Shown: positions 13,401 through 28,740 of the stretch, piece after piece
How positions within the stretch are numbered: the stretch's first letter is position 1
Layout of the letters: each line of letters opens with the position of its first letter
Source of the DNA: the human T2T-CHM13v2.0 reference genome, Homo sapiens
Assembly (NCBI GenBank): GCA_009914755.4
Contig: CP068257.2
Coordinates: 11,456,001 to 11,520,000, forward strand
DNA: 64,000 bases
Direction of reading: 5' to 3'
The notes under the pieces: model-generated
Told to the model about the DNA's origin: nothing
What the model saw: the letters and a program-made list of their open reading frames with translations, nothing else
The model's database searches: none
Position numbers and translations under genes: made by a program

Positions 13401-16400
13401 AAACACTCAGAACCCAGCAGCAGTGCTCTGGAATCCTATGTGAGGGAAAAACACCCAGAACCCAGCAGGATTGTTCTGGAATGCTATGTGTGGGACAAAC
13501 ACTCAGAACCCAGCAGCAGAGGTCTGGAATCCTATGTGAGCTACACTCAGAACACAGCAGCTGTGTTCTGGAATCCTTAGTGACGTACAAAGTTTCAGAA
13601 CCTCACAGCAGTGTTCTGGAATCGTATGTGAGGGACACTCAGAACCCAGCAGCAGTGTTCTAGAATCCTTTGAGAGGGAAAAACATTCAGACCCTTGGAG
13701 CAGTGTTCTGGAATACTATGTGATGGACAAACACTCAGAACCCAGCAGCAATGTTCTGGAGTCCTTTGTGATGGACAAACATTCTGACCCTAGTAGCAGT
13801 GTTCTGCAATCCTATGTGGGGGACAAACACTCAGAACCCAGCAGCTGTGTTCTGGAATCCCATGTGAGGGATAAACTCTCAGAACCCAGCAGCAGTGTTC
13901 TGTAATCCTATATGAGTGAGAAACACTCAGAACCCTGCAGCAGTTTTGTAGATTCCACTGTGAGATACAAACATTCAGACCCTCGTAGAAGTGTTCTGGA
14001 ATCCTATGTGAGGGAAAAACTCTCAGAAACCTGCAGCAGTGCACTGGAGTCCCTTGTGAGGGACAAACAAACACAACTGAGCAGCAGTGTTCTGGAATCC
14101 TTTGAGAGGCAAAAATATTCAGACCCTCGTAGCAGTGTTCTGGAATCCTATGTGAGGGACAAACACTCAGAACCCAGCAGCAGTATTCTGGAATCCTATG
14201 TGGGGGACAAACACAACCCAGCCGCAGAGTTCTAGAATCCTCTGTGAGCGACAAACATTCAGAAATTCATAGCAGTATTCTGAAATCCTATATGAGGGAC
14301 AAACACTCAGAACCCAGCCACTGTGTTCTGGAATCCTATGTGTGGGACAATCATTCAGACCCTCGTAGCTGTGTTCTGTAATCCTATCTGAGGGACAAAC
14401 ATTCAGACCTTCGTATCAGTGTTCTGGAATCCTATGTGAGGGACAAACTCTCAGAACCCAGCAGCACTGTTCTGGAATCCTATGTGAGGGACAAACACTC
14501 AGTACCCAGCAGCAGTACTCTGGAATAATTTGTGAGGGACAAACATTCAGATCCTCGTAGCAGTGTTCTGGAATCTTATGTGAGGGACAAACACTCAGTA
14601 CCCAGCAGCAGTACTCTGGAATAATTTGTGAGGGACAAACATTCAGATCCTCGTAGCAGTGTTCTGGAATCTTATGTGAGGGACAAACACTTAGAACCCA
14701 GCAGCACTGTTCTGGAATCCTATGTGAAGGACAAACACTCTTAACCCAGCAGGAGTGCTCTGGACTACTTTGTGAGGGACAAACATTCAGACAATCATAG
14801 CAGTGTTCTGGAATCGTATGTGAGGGACAAACACTCAGAACCCAGCAACAGTGTTTTGGAATCCTATGTGAGGGACAAACCCTCAAACCTAGCAGCAGTG
14901 TTCTGTAATCCAATGTGAGGGGCAAACAGAGAGAACCCAGCAGCAGTGCTCTGTAATACTTTGTGACGGACAACATTCAGATAATCGTAGCAGTGTTCTG
15001 CAATCCTATGTGAGAGACAAACCCAAAGAAACCAGCAGCAGTGTTCTGGAATCCTATGTGAGGGACAAACCCTCAGAACCTAGCGGCAGTGTTCTGGAAT
15101 CCAATGAGAGGGACAAACACTCAGAACTCAGCAGCAGTGTTCTCTAATCCTTTGTGAGGGACAACATTCAGATCCTCGTAGCAGTGTTCTGGAATCCTAT
15201 GTGAGAGACAAACACTAAGAAACTAGCAGCAGTGTTCTGGAATCCTATGTGTGGGACAAACACTCAGAACCCAGCAGCAGTGTTCTGGAATCCTTTGTGA
15301 GGGTCAAACACTCAGACTCTCAGAGCAGTGTTCTGGAATCCTATGTGAGGGACAAGCATTCAGACCCTCATAGCACCATTCTGGAATGCTCTGTGAGGAA
15401 CAAATATTCAGACCCTCATAGCAGTGTTCTGGAATCATATGTGAGGTACAAAATCTCAGAACTCAGAAGCAGTATTCTTTAATTCTATGTGAGAGACAAA
15501 CCCTCAGAACCCAGCAGCAGTACTCTGGAATAATTTGTGAGGGACAAACATTCAGACAATCACAGCAGTGTTCTGGAAACCAATGTGAGGACCAAACACT
15601 CAGAACCCAGCAGCAGTGTTCTGGAATATTTGGTAAGGGACGAACATTCAGACAATCTTAGCAGTGTTCTGGAATCCAAAGTGACGGAGAAACACTCAGA
15701 AACGAGCTGCAGTGTTCTAGAATTCTATGTGAGGGACAAACACTCAGAACCCAGCAGCAGTGTTCTGGAATCCTTAGTGAATGACAAACGCTCAGAACCC
15801 AGAAGTAGTGTTTTAGACTGGTTTGTGAGATACAAACATTCAGACCCTCAAAGCAGTGTTGTGGAATCCTATTTGAGGGACAAACACTCATCACACAGCC
15901 ACTGTGTTCTGGAATCCTATCTAAAGGACAAATATTCGGAGCCTCTTAGAAGTGTTCTGGAATCCTATGTCAGGGACAAACATTCAGAAACCAGCAGCAG
16001 TGCTCTGGAATCCTTTGTGAGGGACAAACAAACAGAGCCCAGCAGCTGTGTTCTGGAATCCGATTTGATGGACAAACACTCAGAACCCAGCAGCAGTGTT
16101 CTGGAATCCTTTGTGAGGGACAAACATTAAGATCCTCAGAGAAGTGTTCTGGAATCCTATGTGAGAGACAAACACTCAGAACCCAGCAGCAGTGTTCTAG
16201 AATCCTATGTGAAGGACAAACACTCAGAGCCCAGCAGCAGTGTTCTGCAATCCTTTGTAAGGGTCAAACACTCAGACGCTCAGAACAGTGCTCTGTAATC
16301 CTATGTGAGGGATAAACACTCTGAACCCTGCAGCAGTGTTCTGGATTCATATGTGAGGGACAAGCATTCAGATCCCGATAGCCCTGTTCTGCAATGCTCT

Positions 16401-19400
16401 GTGAGGGTCAAACATTCAGAACCTCATAGCAGTGTTCTGAAATACTATGTGAGGTACAAAGCCTCAGAACTCAGCAGTAGTGTTCTGGAATCCTATGTGA
16501 GTGACAAACACTCAGAAACCAGCAGCAATGTTCTAGAATCCTTTGTGAGGGACAAACATTTAGACTCTCGAAGCAGTGTTCTGTTATCCTATGTGAGGGA
16601 CACTCAGATCCAGCAGCATTGTTCTAGAATCTTTTGTGATGGACAAACATTAAGGTCCTCGTAGCAGTTTTCTGGAATCCTATGTGACGGGGCAAACACT
16701 CAGAACCCAGCAGCAGTGTTCTGGAATCCAGTGTGTGGTACAAACACTCAGAACCGAGCCAGTGTGTACTGGAATCCTATCTCAGGGCTAAACATTCAGA
16801 CCTTCACAGAAGTGATCTGGAATCCTATGTGTGCAACAAACACTAAATAACCAGCAGCAGTGCTCTGGAATCCTTTGTGAGGGACAAACAAACAGAAACC
16901 AGCAGCAGTGTTCTGGAAGTCTTTGTGAGGGAAGAACATTCAGACCCTCGTAGCAGTGTTCTGGAATCCTACGTGCGGGACAATCACTCAGAAGCCAGCA
17001 GCACTGTTCTGGAATCCTATGTGAAGGACAAATATTCAGAACCCAGAATCAATGGATTCCTAAGTGAAGGATAAACTCTCAGAACTCAGCAGCAGTTGTC
17101 TGCAATCTTTTGTGAGGGACAAATATTGAGACTCTCAAACCAGTGTTCTGGAATCCTATGTAAGGGACAAGCATTCAGAGTCTCATAGCAGTACTCTGGA
17201 ATCCTATATGAGGTACAAACACGAAAAACCCAGCAGCAGTGTTCTGGAATCCTATGTGAGGGACAAACACTCAGAACCTAGCAACAGTGATCTGGAATCC
17301 TATATGAGGGACAAACATTCAGACCCTCGTAGCAGTGTTTTGGAATCCTTTGTGAGGGACAAACAATCAGGAACCAGCAGCTTTGTTCTGGAATCCTATG
17401 GGATAGATGAACACTCAGAACCCAGCATCAGTGTTCTGGAATCCTTTGTGAGGGACAAGCAATCAGGACACAGCAGCTCTGTTCTGGAATCCTATGTGAG
17501 GGACAAACGTTCAGACCCTCGTATTAGTGTTCTGGAATCCTATGGGAGGGACTTACAAACAGAACCCAGTGACAGTGTTCTACAATCCTTTGTTAGGGAA
17601 AAACATTCAGACCCTCGTAACAGTCTTTTGAATCCTATGTGAGGGAAAAACATTCAGACCCTCATAGTAGTGTTCTGGAATCTTATTTGAGGGGCAAACA
17701 CTCAGAACCCAGCAGCAGTGTTCTGGAATCCTTTGGGAGGGATAAACATTCAGACCCCCTTAGCAGTGTTCTGGAATCCTATGTGAGGGACAAACACTCA
17801 GAACCCAGCAGCAGTGTTCTGGAATCCTATCTGAAGGAAAACATTCGGAACCTCTTAGAAGTTTTCTGGAATCCTATGTGAGGGACAAACACTCTGAAGC
17901 CAATAGCAGTGTTCTGGTATCCTATATGAGGGACAAACACTCAGAACCCAGCAGAAGTGTTCTGGAATCCCATATGAGGGACAAACACAAACCAGCAGCA
18001 AATGTTCTGGAATCCTATGTGAGGGACAAACATTCAGACCCTAGGAGCAGTGTTCTGGAATCCTATGTGAAGGACCAACAGTAAGAACCCAGTAGCAGTG
18101 TTCTGGAATCCTATGTGAGGGACAAGAATTCAGACACTCGTAGCAGTGATACAGAATGCTTTCTGAGGGGAAAAACATGCAGACCCTCATAGCAGTGTTC
18201 TGAAATCCTATGTGAGGGACAAACACTCAGAAGCCAGCAGCAGTGTTCTGGAATCCTTTGTGTCGGACAAACACTCAGAACTCAAAAGCAGTGTTCTGGA
18301 ATCCCTTTGAGGGACAAACACTCAGACCCTCATAGCAGTGTTCCGGAATCGTATGTGAGGGACAAACTTTCAGAACCCAGCAGCAGTGTTCTGGAATCCT
18401 TGGTGAGGAAGAAACTTTCAGACCCTCTGAGCAGTGTTTTGGAATCCTATGTTTGGGACAAACACTCAGAACCTAGCAGCTGTGTTCTGCAATCCTATGT
18501 GAGGGACAAACACTCAGAACCCACAAGCGGTGCTCTGGACTCTTTGTGAGGGACAAACATTCCTACATTTTAGCAGTGTTCCAGAATCTCATGTGATAGA
18601 GAAACGCTCAGAACCCAGCAGCAGAGTTCTAGAATTCTACGTGAGGGACAAACCCTCATAACCTAGCAGCAGTATTCTGCAATTCTAATTGAAGGACAAA
18701 CCTTCAGAACCCAGCAGCAGTGTTCTCGTACTCAATGACAGGGACAATCCCTCAGATCCCAGCAGCAGTTTTCTGGAAACCTATGTGAGGAACAAACACT
18801 CAGAACCCAGCAGCAGTGTTCTGGAATCCAATGTGAGGGACAAACACTCAGAAACCAGCAGCAGTGTTCTGGAATCCTATGTGAGGGACAAACACTCAGA
18901 ACCCAGCAGCATTTTTCTGAAATCCTTTGTGAGAGACAAACTTTCATAGCCTTGTAGCTGTGTTCTGGAATCCTATATGTGGAACAAACACTCAGAGCCC
19001 AGAAGCAGTGGTCTGGAATCCTGTGTGAGGGACAAACACTCAGACCCTCGAAGCAGTGTTCTGGAATCCTGTGTGAGGGACAAACATTCAGATCCAGCAG
19101 CATTGTTCTGGAATCCTTTGTTATGGACAAACCTTCAGATGCTCATAGCAGTTTTCTGGAATCCCTTGTGAGGGACAAACACTCAGAACCCAGCAGCAGT
19201 GTTCTGGAATCCTCTGTGAGTGACAAACACTCAGAAACCAGCAGCAGTGTTCCAGCATCCTTTGTGAGGGACAAACACTCAGACCCTCGAAGCAGTGTTC
19301 TGGAATCCTATGTGAGGGACCAACACTCAGAACCCAGCCACTGTGTACTGGAATCCTATCTGAGGGACAAATATTCAAACCACCGCAGAAGTGTTCTGGA

Positions 19401-20108
19401 ATCCTATGTGCAGAACAAACACTAAGAAACCAGCAGCAGTGCTCTGGAATCCTTTGTGGGGGACAAACAAACAGAACCCAGCAGCGTTCTGGAATCCTTT
19501 GTGAGGGAAAAACTTTCAGACCCTCATAGCAGTGTTCTGGAATCCTATATCAGGGACAAACACTCAGAACCCAGCAGCAGAGTTCTGCAATCCTTTGTGA
19601 GGGAAAAACATTGAGACCCTCTTAGCAGTGTTCTTGAATCCTACATGAGGGAAAAACATTCAGACCCTCATAACATTGTTCTGGAATCCAATATAAGGGA
19701 CAAGCACTCAGAACCCAGCAGCATTGTTCCAGAATCCTATGTGAGGGACAAACACTCAGAACCCAGCAGCAGTGTTCTGGAATCCTATGTGAGCCACAAA
19801 CATTCAGAACTTCATAGCAGAGTTCTGGAATCTTATGTGAGGGACAAACACTCAGAACCCAGCAGCAGTGTTCTGGAATCCTATGTGAGGGACAAACACT
19901 CAGAACCCAGCAGCAGTGTTCTGGAATCCTTTGTGAGGGACAAACATTCAGAACCTCATAGCAGTGTTCTGGAATCGTATGTGAGGGATAACACTCTGAA
20001 CCCAGCAGGAGTGTTTTTGAATCCCATGTGAGCAACAATCACTCAGAACCCTGAAGCAGTGTTCTGGAATCCTATGTTAGTGACAAACTCTCAGAACCCA
20101 GAAGCAGA
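10497..20108. repeat. Tandem satellite array, 48-bp unit, ~200 copies, ~9.6 kb
   Basis: Consensus unit gtgagggacaaacactcagaacccagcagcagtgttctggaatcctat, repeated head-to-tail throughout. Two frequent subtypes: ...cactcagaacccagcagcagtg... and the CpG-bearing ...cattcagaccctcgtagcagtg.... A minor subtype reads ...aaacaaacagaacccagcag.... The first ~1.4 units (10497-10562) are in inverted orientation. Confidence 0.95.
14491..14682. repeat. Exact 96-bp (two-unit) tandem duplication inside the satellite array
   Basis: acaaacactcagtacccagcagcagtactctggaataatttgtgagggacaaacattcagatcctcgtagcagtgttctggaatcttatgtgaggg occurs twice back to back with no mismatch. Typical neighbouring units differ at several positions. 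Confidence 0.9.
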
Positions 20109-21157
20109 GGGAAAAGAAACTACCAAGTGTAGCCAAGATGGCCGAATAGGAACAGCTCCGGTCTACAGCTCCCAGTGTCAGCAATGCAGAAGATGGGTGA
20201 TTTCTGCATTTCCATCTGAGGTACCAGGTTCATCTCACTAGGGAGTGCCAGACAGCAGATGCAGGACAGTGGGTGCAGTGCACAGTTCATGAGCCGAAGC
20301 AGGGTGAGGCACTGCCCCACTCGGCAAGTGCAAGGGGTCAGGGAGTTCCCTTTCCTAGTCAAAGAAAGGGGTGACAGACAGCACCTGGAAAATCGGGTAA
20401 CTCCCACCATAATACTGCGCTTTTCTGATGGTCTTAACAAATGGCGCACCAGGAGATTATATCCTGCACCTGGCTCAGAGGGTGATACGCCCACGGAGTC
20501 TCGCTGATTGCTAGCACAGCAGTCTGAGATTAAACTGCAAGGCAGCAGCAAGGCTTGGGGAGGGTCGCTCACAATTGCCCAGGCTTGCATAGGTAAACAA
20601 AGTAGCCAGGAACTCGAACTGGGTGGAGCCCACCACAGCTCAAGGAGGCCTGCCTGCCTCTTTAGGCTCCACCTCTGGGGGCAGGGCGCAGACAAACAAA
20701 AAGACAGCAGTAACCTCTGCAGACTTAAATGTCCCTGTCTGACAGCTTTGAAGAGAGCAGTGGTTCTCCCAGCACACAGCTGGAGATCTGAGAACAGGCA
20801 GACTCCCTCCTCAAGTGGGTCCCTGACCCCTGACCTCCAAGCAGCCTGACTGGGAGGCACCCCCCAGTACAGGCAGACTGACACCTCACACGGCCGGGTA
20901 CTCCTCTAAGACAAAACTTCCAGAGGAACGATCAGACAGCAGCATTCGCGGTTCATGAAAATCTGCTGTTCTGCAGCCACCACTGCTAATACCCAGGCAA
21001 ACAGGGTCTGGAGTGGACCTCTAGAAAACTCCAACAGACCTGCAGCTGAGGGTCCTGTCTGTTAGAAGGAAAACTAACAAACAGAAAGGACATCCACACC
21101 AAAAACCCATCTGTACATCACCATCATCAAAGACCAAAAGTAGATACAACCACAAAG

Positions 21158-22170
21158 ATGGGGAAAAAACAGAGCAGAAAAATTGGAAATTCTAAAAAGC
21201 GAGCACCTCTCCTCCTCCAAAGGAATGCAGTTCCTCACCAGCAATGGAAAAAAGCTGGGCGGAGAATGACTTTGACGAGTTGAGAGAAGGCTTCAGACGA
21301 TCAAACTACTCTGAGCTACAGGAGGAAATTCAAACCAAAGGCAAAGAAGTTAAAAACTTTGAAAAAAATTTAGACGAATGTATATCTAGAATAACCAATA
21401 CAGAGAAGTGCTTAAAGGAGCTGATGGAGCTGAAAGCCAAGGCTCGAGAACTACGTGAAGAATGCAGAAGATTCAGGAGCCGATGTGATCAACTGGAAGA
21501 AAGGGTATAAGTGATGGAAGAAGAAATGAATGAAATGAAGCGAGAAGGGAAGTTTAGAGAAAAAAGAATAAAAAGAAATGAGCAAAGCCTCCAAGAAATA
21601 TGGGACTATGTGAAAAGACCAAATCTACGTCTGATTGGTGTACCTGAAACTGACGGGGAGAATGGAACCAAGTTGGAAAACACTCTGCAGGATATTATCC
21701 AGGAGAACTCCCCCAATATAGCAAGGCAGGCCAACATTCAGATTCAGGAAATACAGAGAATGCCACAAAGATACTCCTTGAAAAGAGCGATTCCAAGACA
21801 CATAATTGTCAGATTCACCATAGCTGAAATGAAGGAAAAAATGTTAAGGGCAGCCAGAGAGAAAGGTCGGGTTACCCACAAAGGGAAGCCCATCAGACTA
21901 ACAGTGGATCTCTTGGCAGAAACTCTAGAAGCCAGAAGAGAGTGGGGGCCAATATTAAACATTCTTAAAGAAAAGAATTTTCAATGCAGAATTTCATATC
22001 CAGCCAAACTAAGCTTCATAAGTGAAGGAGAAATAAAATACTTTACAGACAAGCAAATGCTGAGAGATTTTGTCACCACCAGGCCTGCCCTAAAAGAGCT
22101 CCTGAAGGAAGCACTAAACATGAAAAGGAACAACCAGTACCAGCCGCTGCAAAATCATGCCAAAATGTAA
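21158..22170 (+). pseudogene. L1 ORF1 (RNA-binding protein p40), disrupted
   Basis: Track ORFs 21244-21510 and 21511-22170 together read the ORF1p sequence (…LDECISRITNTEKCLKELMELKAKARELREECRRFRSRCDQLEERV* then MMEEEMNEMKREGKFREKRIKRNEQSLQEIWDYVKRPNLRLIGVPE…). There is a 1-nt deletion soon after the ATG (aaaaagcgagcacctctcc versus the expected aaaacgcagagcgcctctcc) and a TAA at 21508-21510. Confidence 0.85.
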
Positions 22171-22233
22171 AGATCATCGAGACAAGGAAGAAACTGCATC
22201 AACTAACGAGCAAAATAACCAGCTAGCATCATA

Positions 22234-26055
<3,822 letters not shown>

Positions 26056-28519
26056 ACAATGAGAACACACAGACACCGGAAGGGGAACATCACACTTCAG
26101 GGACTGTTGTGTGGTGGGGGGAGGGGGGAGGGATAGCATTAGGAGATATTCCTAATGCTAAATGACGAGTTAATGGGTGCAGCACACCAACATGGCACAT
26201 GAATACTTATGTTGCAATCCTGCACATTGTGCACATGTATCCTAAAACTTAAAGTATAATAATAAAATAAAATAAAATAAAAAAGCAAAATATACACTAA
26301 TACAGATTAACCAACTAAAAAAAGTAGAGAAAGGTTATTTAAAAAATATAAAGCATACAGTAATAATCTAACACGTTGAAATCTAAGAAGGAGAAAACAG
26401 CTGGTCTGAACAGCATTTTAAGTGGCAATGTTAGAGGTTTTATCAAAATTGACCAATAATATTAATCCACAGGTTCAGGAGGCTTTGCAAACCAAATGAA
26501 AACACACAGAGAGGACACACCTAGGAACATAATGGGACAATTTCTGAAAAGTAAAAGAAAAATGTCAAAAGCACTTGATAAAAAAATTGGGCTAACTATA
26601 AACAGAAAGAGTTGACTGATGACAACCTTCTCAAATGAAACTATGAAAGCCAACAAGTGAGGTATTGATACCTTTCAAGTCCTGAAATAAAATAAGTGCC
26701 GACCTAGAACTGTCTACTTGGTGGATATATCCATCAAAAGCAAAGATACAATAAAGAATTTATCCCAAGCAGACCCACAGGAAAAGAAATACTAAAGATT
26801 ATTCTTCAGGTAGAAGAGCTATGATCCCTGATGAAAGTTTGCAGTTAGAAGAACGCTTTTTTTAATGAAAGAAATAAACATAGAGAGAAATTTAATTGGA
26901 TATCGACTGTATAACAGAATACTATCTCATAAAGTTTAAAATGCATCTTCCATACAACAGCAGAAGCATATAAGTTGTGAGTTGGATAAATTAATTTTAA
27001 AATATTGTCAAGTTTTTTTGCAAATAGACAAATGTACCAATTATATTAGACCCTGAATGCACGTTGTAATAAACCAGTTAAAACATAATCAGACCAGATT
27101 TTTTAAATGGACTCTCTTAAAGTTTTTAAAATTTATATTTATATTTCACATATGTTGAAATTAAATAATGGAAAAGCATGCAATGCAAATATTAAACAAA
27201 ATATAGCTTTAGTTGTACTTATATTCACATTTAAAAAGTTGGACACAGTTAAGTCTCAGTGATTTTTTTACACAACGGAGGCAAGCTGTGCAGTTATAAC
27301 TAGTATTATGTTATGCTCTTGGCCTGATTACAGAAGGGAAAGGGGCACTCATACCAGATAATGGCAGAATGAAGCAACAAGGAGTAGAGTTACAGAACAT
27401 GATGCTGTAACTGGGACTGGAGTTACTCTTTTAGAGTTAAAGAATAGTAAACTGGACAAAATATATGAAACTTTTTTTGAAATACTGAACATCAGGCAGC
27501 ACAGGACTGTGCTCCGCAAGAGAAAAGAAGGAGCCAGAATGACTCCTGCTTTATTCCCAGGTTCTCCGTGACAGCAGTAGAGAGGAATCCCAGAGAGAGC
27601 AGACATTGTCATTGCACTGAGGAACCAGATAAAAACCAAAATGTTAAGCAGCTGGAATATGTAGTAGAAGAGAACGTTTACAGAAAAAGGAACCAATAAT
27701 CAGCCTAAGGTTTCTCCCAAGTCCCTAAGCCAAATGTACATAGGATGAAATTCTAAGGAGCTCAGCAAAGGACTACCAGGGAGTTGGAAGAACACTTCCC
27801 TGGCATCACATGACAGGAAGACATGTTAGCTCTGACCAGCCAGAGAAGGGAATCCCCTCTGTACTTCCAGGATATTCAGTAAAGACCACTGGAGGTTCAT
27901 GCCCTAGTGACAGTGCTCATTTAGCTCCAAATTACAGATGGCTCTAGACTAACTCAACAAAGTCTAAAGAGAAGATTTAAAACAACAACAGAAAAATAGT
28001 CATCCTGAAGTTACTGAACTGCCTGCCACAACATTGTTCAAATGTAGCCAATAAAATCTAGATATTCAATAGCATAACATCAAAATACCCCCCCCCCAAA
28101 AAAAACTCTGACATGCAAAGAAGCCGGAAGATATATATTATTAAGATATACATTAAGAGGAAAAAATAAGTCATTTATCAATGACAGAAGAAGGAATTTT
28201 CAAGGTCCTTAATGTAATTATATTTTATAAATACATATAGATAAATACATATATATGTCAAAGTACTTAAATGAAAATTGAACATAGGAGAAAAATGGAA
28301 GTTATAAAATGAAAAATGTGACACGTATAGATGAAAAATAAATATTTGAAATAAAAATTCCATGAGATAGAATAAGTCATGGATTTTACCCTAACATCAG
28401 AAAATATATAGAAAAATTAGAAGCTTTACAAACTAAAGGACAAAGGGTAAACTAAAATAAGAAATCCAGAAACTCACTGATACGTGAGACAATATGCAGC
28501 AGTGTAACATACATTTAAT

Positions 28520-28740
28520 TAATATCTCAAAAGGGATGGGTGGGGGAATTATAGTTGAATAAAGAATGGTACATTCATTCCTGAGGGCACCGAGGAGGGA
28601 GGATAGCTTGAGATTCCTAAGGGAGGGCATTATCCATTCATGAAGGTTCATCCCCATGACCAAACACCTCCCAGTAAGCCCCACCTGCAACATTGGGGAT
28701 CAAATTTTAACAGGAGATTTGGAAGGGGCAAGCATTCAAA
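28520..28740 (-). repeat. Possible MaLR/ERVL-type LTR fragment (low confidence)
   Basis: ccccacctgcaacattggggatcaaattttaacaggagatttggaaggggcaagcattcaaaccataaca resembles the reverse complement of the 5' end of THE1/MST-type LTRs (tgatatggtttgg…). Confidence 0.3.

Noticed and set aside
10544-20038. Dozens of track ORFs inside the satellite encoding 16-residue repeat pseudo-proteins (…RDKHSEPSSSVLESYV…, …EGQTLRTQQQCSGILC…, and on the other strand …RIPEHCCWVLSVCPSH…). Could this be a giant repetitive protein-coding gene?
   Set aside because: The 48-bp unit is exactly 16 codons, so any frame without a stop in the consensus stays open across units. Three of the six frames are open in the consensus. 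The ORFs are broken every few hundred bp in every frame, overlap each other on both strands, lack Kozak/ATG context (several start with non-ATG codons) and have no exon-intron structure. The periodicity is a property of the satellite, not evidence of coding.
10497-20108. Regular short repeats flagged as a possible CRISPR array.
   Set aside because: Units are contiguous with no unique spacers between them and are variable copies of one another. The locus is plainly primate DNA with Alus and L1s on both sides. CRISPR arrays do not occur in this context.
26290-27250. The segment right after the L1 poly-A looked vaguely like ancient L1 ORF1 or another interspersed repeat.
   Set aside because: Test translations did not give convincing L1 ORF1 or ORF2 motifs. 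I cannot classify it from sequence alone, so no feature is called.
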